From Octopus vulgaris (lineage: Eukaryota): a stretch of DNA of 64,000 nucleotides. A model generated the notes under the pieces. It was not told where the DNA came from, searched no databases, and saw only the letters and a program-made list of their open reading frames with translations. Each line of letters starts with the position of its first letter. The first letter of the stretch is position 1. This document shows positions 55,291-64,000 of the stretch, piece after piece. The stretch lies in contig OX597819.1 in assembly GCA_951406725.2 (NCBI GenBank), forward strand, positions 126,976,001 to 127,040,000. Direction: 5' to 3'. A program made the position numbers and the translations under genes.

Positions 55291-55869
55291 TATGTATAAA
55301 TGTGTGCACGCGCTCGTGTGTGTAAAACAAAAGAGTTCAGTTCGAAACAGATATGACCGCAAGGAAAACGTTTAATGTAATTGTTTATGAAGATCTTGGA
55401 CAATTGTAAAACGAGCGAACAATTTTAAAGTTTCGTTATATGAGGAGGTGGAACTGTAATAAGATAAATCAGCAAAAGCGAAGTTGTAAAACAGAAGAGA
55501 GCTAAATAGCTTAAACGAACTTTTTTTCTGTTGATTACCTTCAAACAAGAATTCTACGTCGTTCTTTGTCGGCGTACAATATTTTCCTTGCTTTGACTAT
55601 AAAAAGATCTCAGCTAAATGAAAATTTGGGTAAATTACTCAGCTCATTCCTGCCGAAAAAGAAAAAAAGGAAAAGAAAAAAAAATCCCAACCCATACGTA
55701 GCAAATATAATTAATTTCAAGGAAGAGGAAATTATATTGATGGTTCTCAAATCTACACAGCCAAACTTTCAGATGTAAGTAGATATGTAATTATTTTATG
55801 AAAATCTAAACCGGGAAGAGAAGGGGGAGAGTTAAGCGACTGAAGAAGAGAAAAAGGAAAAAGAGAAGA

Positions 55870-56097
55870 AGAGTGAGAGAGTGTGTGTGAATGAGTGAGT
55901 CTTTGTGTGTGTATGTGTATGTATGTGTGTGTGTATGTGTGTGTGTGTGTGCGCGCGCGCATAATTGTGCGTGTGATTGTGTATGCGGGATAGACTGATC
56001 GAGACAAAGAATATTAAACACACACACACACACACATATATACAAATATATACAGATATGTATGTATATATATATGTATGTGTATATATGTATATGT

Positions 56098-56170
<73 letters not shown>

Positions 56171-56266
56171 AACACACACACACACACACACACATATACA
56201 AATATATATACAGATATGTATGTATATATATATATGTATGTGTATATGTATATATGTATATGTTGA

Positions 56267-56307
<41 letters not shown>

Positions 56308-56395
56308 GCACAAACACACACACACACACACATATATACAAATATATACAGATATGTATATATATATGTATGTGTATATGTATATATGTATATGT

Positions 56396-56437
<42 letters not shown>

Positions 56438-56605
56438 GCACAAACACACACACACATGTATATGGAGAGAGTGATAGAGAGGCAGAGAGAACGTATTTGT
56501 GTGCGTGTGTTTGTCGAAGAGAGTGGGTGAGAGAAAGAGAGAGTGTGAGTGAGAGAGAGAGAGAGAGAGAGAGAGTGTGTGTGTGTATGTGTGTGTGTGT
56601 GTGAC
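55870..56605. repeat. Compound microsatellite with a ~140-bp higher-order unit repeated three times
   Basis: Repeated ATACAAATATATACAGATATGTA...ATGTTGATATA...TATGCACAAAC landmarks. Confidence 0.9.
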
Positions 56606-56827
56606 AAAACGCATAGATGTATAGAGAGCAGAGAACGATGAAGACAGGAAGGAGGTTCACCAGAAAATGAAAACGAACACCGTAGTCATTGCTAATAACA
56701 TTCCTTTTAAACATATTCTTTATTACTTTGGCACAGCTAACTCTAACACCACCAACAAGAGCTTCATTAACAACAACAACAACAACAGCAGCAGTAGGAG
56801 CACCAATAACAAGAACAGCAACACCAT

Positions 56828-57110
56828 GAGCGAAAACACCTAAAGCTCCACGAGGCTCCGGCAGAGGGTGGTGGCGACCCCTGTTGTACTCTTTCGCCAC
56901 ATTTTCTCTCATTCTTTCTTCCTGTTTCTTGTCCCCGACTTCCTACGCAACCGCTGAGCCTGGATGCGCATTCATCCATCCGTCGATGCTCTCGGTGTCG
57001 GGGGTTGACCTGCTTTCTCTTCTGCGGGTCTTACGAATAGCAAAGGACCACGTTTCGGACTTCTCCCACTAGGGACGAAGACCGTTTCGCTCAACAAACA
57101 GCAACTGCAA
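56828..57110 (+). mobile_element. SINE family C, 5'-truncated
   Basis: Homology to 40612-41000; lies in a CAA/CAG-rich tract. Confidence 0.9.
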
Positions 57111-57823
57111 TATCATGAACAGTAACATCAACAACACAACATCAACAAGCACTAAAAAGCATTCCAGTTTATTTGTTGCTGATGAGGTTAAACCAGTGTA
57201 ACTTCCGGATTTTATAAAAATCCAAAAAAAAAAAAAAAAAAGAAAAACATGATAGAAATAACCCATCGAAAAAATGGATTAACGTTAATCCTTCTAGCTC
57301 TTCTAAATTTTAATGGAATTCTCATATACCATGTGAACAAAAGTGAGAGTTAATTTTCTGTATTTCGTTCTATGCCAATCACGATTGATCAAACCAAAGA
57401 TGAAAGGAGTTTCCAGTTGATTATTTTAGGCATATATCCAAATTACCTTCCGTTTTCTTTTAAAAAGTGTATGGAGTGATTTCAAAGAAACTTGACTACT
57501 ATTTCTTACAGATCGAACGACCATGTATTCGTTCCTCGAATAACGGTGATTTTAATGATTAGCACTGCGATTTTGTTTTAGATTGTGACCTATCTACTTC
57601 TGGTGAACATCTGTAAATATTTTAATCTAATGAAAATGCAGCAGGAAAGTACCCCAGAATAATTTGACCTACATCTGTCGTTTGAAGGTCACCAAGAGAC
57701 CATTCCTAGGAGAAAAAAAATCCGACTTAGTGTGTAAAGGGCATATTGAATTTCTTATCAAAAATATACATACTCATCTATAAACGATTTCGGAAATCTT
57801 TTTGCTAAAACTATAAGCGGCAT

Positions 57824-57889
<66 letters not shown>

Positions 57890-57969
57890 GGAGTAAACAC
57901 ATAAATGTGAAACAAGGTGGTAAAAAAATGGAAAAAATAGTTCTCAAATACCAGTGGTAGAGTAATATG

Positions 57970-58110
57970 CTTTATTTAAAGCAGCAGAAAATTTAACAGA
58001 ACCTGTTACTCTGAGTTTCCCGTTGCCGTTCATTCTAAAACTGTCCGATGAACGGCAACGGGAAACTCAGAGTAACAGGTTTTGTTGAATTTTCTGCTGC
58101 TTTAGATAAA

Positions 58111-58111
<1 letters not shown>
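57970..58111. repeat. 64-bp inverted repeat with 14-nt spacer (inverted pLTR)
   Basis: Arms 57970-58033 and 58048-58111, three mismatches. Confidence 0.95.
58037..58083 (+). ncRNA. Type I hammerhead (U4C) with GNRA-capped stem II
   Basis: AAAACTGT-CCGATGA-ACG-GCAA-CGG-GAAAC-TCAGA-GTA-ACAGGTTTT. Confidence 0.75.
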
Positions 58112-58145
<34 letters not shown>

Positions 58146-58795
58146 TACATACATATATACATACATACATATGTATATACACATATATAAAACATGTATA
58201 TATATATATACAGACATAAAAACATACACAAACATATTCTGACACACATACGTATATATAATGGGAACAGAATCAGTATTAATACCAGAAGGTAGTATTT
58301 ATATCCCACCGAATGGGAACGTTAGAACATAATACTGCATTATTAACCATGGACTTGTGGTGCATAAAGATGCTCGTGTTTATATTGCTGACGGACGATA
58401 AGAGCCTGACAACAAGATGCATGCATGTACGCCCCGTCGTGAGCACCAACAAATTAAGGCCTCAAGAGCTGTCTTGACTTAAGCCAAAAAAACGCGTTGC
58501 TAATTTTTCAGGAATTCTTCAATTCGAAAAAAAAATCCCAAAGAAATATATAAACCCACATAAATACAAGTATATACATGTGGGTATGTGCATGTGTGTG
58601 TATGTACTTATATGCATGTGTGCATGGACGTGTGAGTATATATATATTTTGGATATGTGTATGTTTATAAATATATATGTATACTTATGTAAATACATAT
58701 ATACACACATATGTATATGTATATTAATATATATATATATATATGTGTGTAGCGAGAGAGAGAGAGAGACAGAGTGAGAGAGAGTGAGAGAGAGT

Positions 58796-58834
<39 letters not shown>

Positions 58835-60148
58835 TCAACGAGTAAAATCTAGAGATACTGAATATATAAAACACATAGTGCTCAAATGATTTGAACTCAC
58901 CCTCCGAAGTCTTTATCCGTGGGGTATAGAGTGTTTATAAGAGGAATCCAGTTAAGGTGATATAGAGATTGTGATGCAAATAAAATTGCTTTGGCTGGAC
59001 ATGTAAAATATACATACATGCACATGCACATGCAAATATATATAAGGATACATAGAGAGAAACAAGATCCTCTAATCTTACACAACCTCAGGCACCGACA
59101 TCCCATTCTGATCCATTATCTGCGAGGCTCCTCCGTTACATATTAACCTCAGAGATTGTAAATTGTATTCACAGGAATTGCTCGCCATCCTCCACCTTCA
59201 CAACCCCTCATTACTCAATAGATTCTCAGATGTAATTCTTTCATGTAAGCCGAAATTTTATTCATCATTTGCTCATTATCTACAGTCTATATAATTCCAA
59301 GCATTACGAGTCAACCTGAAGTTACATCTTAGTTGCGCTTGCAACATATCTCTGTATGTATGTATGTATGTATGTATGTATGTATGTATGAATATGCTCT
59401 TTTGTTCTTAATTATTTAGATTCTCCCCTTCAGGAAGTAGCTGGTTTCTAACGAAGACACAAAGACCCATCGGTGGAATGTAGTTAACAAAACATTGTCA
59501 CATTTTGAACTTCAGAAAAGTCTTACTTATTTTTACTGTTCCACTTCTGGATTGTATTTGTAATGTGCGAATTAGTTGCTAACTTTTTCTGAAAACCGTA
59601 ACTTGTCCCGATTTTCACTTTGGTATTTACTTACAAAACCAACTTCGCCAATAATTATTGGTATAAATGCAAATTTGTAATCTGTATTTAATAGCTGGAA
59701 GTTTCGAAGTAGTTATCTCATAGTTATTTTCTTTCTCTTTGATATTCAAAGAGATATTCACATAAGCAGAACAGCTGACCTGTATGACAGTACATACATT
59801 TTCTTATCTCTGCCAAACAACAATATCTGGCCTGATATGTTTACACTTTACAGATGTTTTGATGGAAATATTCCACCAATATTCCTTGTGTCGATGTTTG
59901 TGTATGCAGTCAATAACAGGAGCATTCTCTGTAAATATTCCAGGACAGTCTTGTTCTTTTTTCGAATGGCATTGTATATTGTTTTTGTGACAATGTCGTA
60001 CGGCATCGGGAGAGAATACTTTGATGACACTTTTGGGCAGCTTCTAATCACATGTGTGATGTTTTCTACAGAAATATGACATAATCTATATTTTCGGTTG
60101 GAACCTTGGAACTGCAAGGGCTTCACTGTCTCTTTTGTTTATTAGGTA

Positions 60149-60665
60149 CTAGCAATATCGCCCGGCGTTGCTCGGGTTTGTAAGGGAAATAACTATATAA
60201 GCATTTTTAGAGAGTTACTTCCTTTATAGATGCCAATTCGGGCTTTCTTAGCCATTTCTGTTTTGGTGTCTTCAAGCCATGAAGTCGTTGTTCTAAAAGA
60301 ACGCTGGTTTCCTTGACAACGCATTACGACGTTGATTTCCTTAAACTCCCTTCCCCACAGCTTCACGAGGGAGGGAAGAAGGGGGAGAAGCAAACACAGG
60401 TGCAGGTGTTTGAGCGTGGACGCCAACTCCGCCGCCATCGACACACGAAAAATTATGCATTAAAATGGAATAAAAAATGATGTTAAATTATTTTAAAAAT
60501 CGTAGACTCATCGTAGACGCGCGCTAATAGCCAGACGGGCTCGATATTAATCACGACTATAAGATACCCGGTTTTGGTTAAACTGCACCGCAAAATGTGG
60601 GAGGAGTTAGGAATCTAAATCGTAGGAGACAGACACTCACACAACTACAGTTTTATATATATAGA
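60149..60665 (-). mobile_element. Non-autonomous Helitron, 517 bp
   Basis: 5' TCTATATATATAAAA, 3' hairpin CCCGAGCAACGCCGGG then CTAG; inserted between A and T with no TSD; removal restores host codons QEIVTK|YL. Confidence 0.9.
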
Positions 60666-61226
60666 TTTCGTAACAATCTCCTGTTCTTCAAATGCATTGC
60701 CTTCGAAGTGTGATGTAATGTAACGCTCACGAGACGAAGAGTGGTTGCGTTTCAGGTCAATATTATTGTCTTCTTCAACTGTTCGGGAAATATACCTCAG
60801 CATAGTCTTCTTTTGGTGTGCTGAGAGTTTCACATCTAGGTCTTCTTTTAGGTATGTTAGTCCGGCTGTTTTGCGGTTGTATGAGAGGTCCAAGAACAGA
60901 GTGCTCCCTAAGGAACTCGCTGCTTAAACGCAGCACGTTTTTCTCTTCACTTTTCAGCACTAAGTTAAAGTATTTATTTTTGCTGCTGTTGTTTAGCAAG
61001 TGTAGTCTGAGAGAGACTTCATGCAAGGGCTGTCTGCACTGATCTCAACCCTCTACTTCTATCAGCTCTCCTTAGGTAGACGACAGAGGTAGATATTACA
61101 TTTTTTTATGGAGAACTCCAATTGATATCAGTATTTTGCGGGCTTTAATGTGTATGGAGAGGATCTCATCTAAAGTCCAATCAATTATGCCAAGTGCTGA
61201 AATCAGCAATGGTACTGCAAATGAAA

Positions 61227-61639
61227 AGCAGCGAGCTGCCAGAATCGTTAGCACGTCGGGTGAAATGCTTAGCGGTATTTCGTCTGCCTTTACGTTCTGA
61301 GTTCAAATTCCGCCGAGGTCGACTTTACCTTTCATCCTTTCGTGGTCGATTAAATAAGTACCAGTTACGCACTAGGGTCGATGTAATCGACTTAATCCGT
61401 TTGTCTGTCCTTGTTTGTTCTCTCTGTGTTTAGCCTCTTGCGGGTAGTAAAGAAATAGGTATTTCGTCTGTCGTTACATTCTGAGTTCAAATTCCGCCGA
61501 GGTCGACTTTGCCTTTCATCTTTCGGGGTCGATAAATTAAGTACCAGTTACGCACTTGGGTCGATATAATCACCTAATCCGTTTGTCTGTCCTTGTTTGT
61601 CCTCTCTGTGTTTAGTCTCTTAAGGGTAGTAAAGAAATA
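61227..61639 (+). mobile_element. SINE family A dimer: head plus two body units
   Basis: Units start at 61274 and 61458 (184 bp apart); TSD GGTACTGCAAATG at 61211-23 and 61640-52. Confidence 0.94.
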
Positions 61640-62349
61640 GGTACTGCAAATGCATTGAGGGACACTGCCTTGTTACAAGAGAATTGTTCCCACTGACATC
61701 TGTTTCTAAATCTGGCATAATAACCTAGTGTTGCTCTATCTTTATTCACAGTACCTTCGTATGACACGTTTCCATCAATACTTAGGTACTTGTAGCGTTC
61801 TTTGTGTAAGTCAAGAGAAATAACGAGACCATTGATTGATAGGTTTGGAGATTGAGGAAGTGATTTTTTCCCCGTGCAACAAACAAATATGAATATTTCT
61901 TTTGGCCACATTCCATTGCTATGGTAGCAGAAGATGTTATTAATTCCAGCTGATTTTTGGCCTTATTAACAGTTTTAGTATAAATCTTGAGGCCACCCAC
62001 AAAGAAATTATGGATTACATTTACATCTCTAGCAGTTGCATGTAACAGCTTGATTTTTTTTTTTTTTAGCAGGTATGATAATGGATGTAATGATTAAATG
62101 AGCAGAATTTCAGAAAGAATATCTCATTGAAATACTTCCTTTGAAATATTTACAACATTGGAGATAATCCTTGTATTCGCATTATTAAGTGTAAGAATTG
62201 TTGCCCATGTCTTTGCGAGCCTCTCATTGGTTGCATTGGTCTACTTTGCGAAATGTAGACACACCAGCAGTTACGAGTACGGAATAGAGTCGAGTGTCTT
62301 TCGTTAATCAAACCATACTATTGTAAGGCACCTACAGCGTTATTTTCTG

Positions 62350-63020
62350 TCGATATTGTTCACCAGGTACTCTGTGGCAATCTACTCTTCCTGGATTGCA
62401 AAGGCATAGCCTCCAAAGTGCGATGTGATGTAGTGGTCTTGTGGCCAAGAGAGGCTGCGCTTTGTGTCAATTCTACTGTATTCTTCAAGCTTCCTGGCAA
62501 CATAACCATAGATAGTCTTTTTTTTTTATATATGTTGAGTGCTTCCACCCAGGTCTTCTTTGCGATAAGAGAGCCCAGCTGTTTTGGGGTTGAAGAGGAG
62601 ATCATCAGGAAGAGAGTGCTTCTTGAGGAGTTCACTGCCAACTCGTACAATGTTTCTCACTTAACTTTTCAACACTGCATTTATATATTTATTTTTACTG
62701 CTGTTGTTCAGCAGATGCTGCCTGAGTGATACCATACGGCATTCGAAGGCCGTCTGCACTAATCTCAGGTCTCTATCACCTTCATTTCTTCTTTGGTAGA
62801 GCATGTGAGCATCAGTTTCTGTGGAAGTTCACAGTTGTTGTCAGGATCTTGTGGGTTTTGGTATCTATGGAGTGGATTTCCTCTACAGAGCAGTCAAATA
62901 TCCCATATGTTGGGATCAACCCTGGTACTGCAAATGCATTGTGGGATATTGTTTTGTTGTAAGAGGAGTGTTCCGACTGCCATATTTTCCTATGACTAAT
63001 GTAATATTCTCGGGTCACCA
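62350..63020 (-). mobile_element. Second R4/Dong-like LINE fragment
   Basis: WQSEHSSYNKTISHNAFAVP...DTKTHKILTTTVNFHRN, HGYVARK and GYAFAIQEE. Confidence 0.75.
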
Positions 63021-63517
63021 TACATACGTATGTATATATGTATGCATGTGTATGTATGTATTTATGTGTGTATATGTGTGTGTGCGAGTGTGTGCGAGTG
63101 TCTGTGCATGTGTGTGCGTGAGTGAGAGAGTGTGTGTATACGTATACAGACGCAAATTTGTAACGTGTATTGCAATATTTTTTGTTACGCGTGATATTTG
63201 TGAATGTTTGTTAATTATATTACCATGCAGGGTACGTTTGGCGCAATCTTTACACTCGTGATATGAAGAAAGCTGATGTTGTCTTCAGAAAGATTTTCAG
63301 AATTCTAATTGTGCTTTTCTGTTATTTCTTTATTAATGTAATTATTTATAATACATTGGTGATAATTACATCATATCCCGTTTGATATTTAGCAAGTCAA
63401 ACTTCCTGACTGTCATATACATTTATTCATCAAAATTTGAAATTACTTTCATCAGAATTGATGTTAATTAACTATAATTAGTACGATCTCACCTTGATCT
63501 ACAGAATAAATAATAAC

Positions 63518-63787
63518 GAGAGAGTGAGTGAGCGAGCGAGTGAGTGAGCGAGTGAGTGGGTGAGTGAGAGAGAGTGAGTGAGTGTGTGAGTGAGTGGGTG
63601 AGTGAGAGAGAGTGAGTGAGTGTGTGAGTGAGTAAGTGAGAGGGAGAGAGAAATAAAGAGGGAGAGAAAGAGAAAGAGAGAGAAAAAGAGAGTAAGTGAG
63701 AGAAAGAAAAAGAGAGAGTAAGAGAAAGAAGGAGAGAAAGGAAAAAAGAGAGAGGAAGAGAAAGTAAAAGTGAGAGAGACAGAATAA

Positions 63788-63853
<66 letters not shown>
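63518..63853. repeat. (GAGT)n/(GA)n purine-rich microsatellite
   Basis: Directly visible. Confidence 0.95.
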
Positions 63854-63856
<3 letters not shown>

Positions 63857-64000
63857 CCAGGATCTTATATTTAACTAATTATCTAATTTGCAACAGATGC
63901 AGGTGCTGAAGTAATTACTATGTCAACTTCGTGAAGACAAAATTGTTTTTATGCCTCAAACATGCAGCACATTGGTCTCAGTATAGAATTTCAAATCTCG

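Larger units (their letters stand above)
59395..62340 (-). mobile_element. R4/Dong-like RLE LINE (RT through endonuclease), interrupted by a Helitron and a SINE dimer
   Basis: VFQ*DILS, FVGGLKIY (FVDDLKLY), YKYL, LNAFAVP, TSHFEG..QEIVTKYL, YRLCHISVENITHVIRSCP and PDIVVW motifs. Confidence 0.85.

Overview
AT-rich, repeat-saturated animal genomic DNA with no recognisable host exon, so it is intergenic or deep intronic. The SINE types and the extreme (TA)n/(CA)n/(TATC)n/(TAA)n load suggest a coleoid cephalopod, probably Octopus (inference from pattern recall, not a search). Nearly all ORFs in the track are microsatellite translations. Real coding remnants come from transposable elements: mariner/Tc1 transposases, a Mag-type Gypsy (LTR, PBS, gag, pol), RTE/BovB, Tx1-like, R4/Dong-like and CR1/Jockey-like LINEs, and several Penelope-like elements (PLEs). 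There is also a non-autonomous Helitron and at least five SINE-like families. The main unexplained signal is about 13 type I hammerhead-ribozyme (HHR) folds, roughly one per 5 kb, from about 10 unrelated sequence families. They lie in PLE 3' ends or in 130-450 bp non-coding islands between microsatellites. Most have palindromic or near-palindromic loop III sequences, several have long stem II hairpins, and one family shares a non-canonical CUGU-N-GA core. Other points of note are a TSD-bounded, highly structured 413-bp bipartite RTE derivative and SINE multimers with an identical 184-bp unit whose target duplications both start GGTACT. All folds and alignments were done by eye, and no activity is demonstrated.
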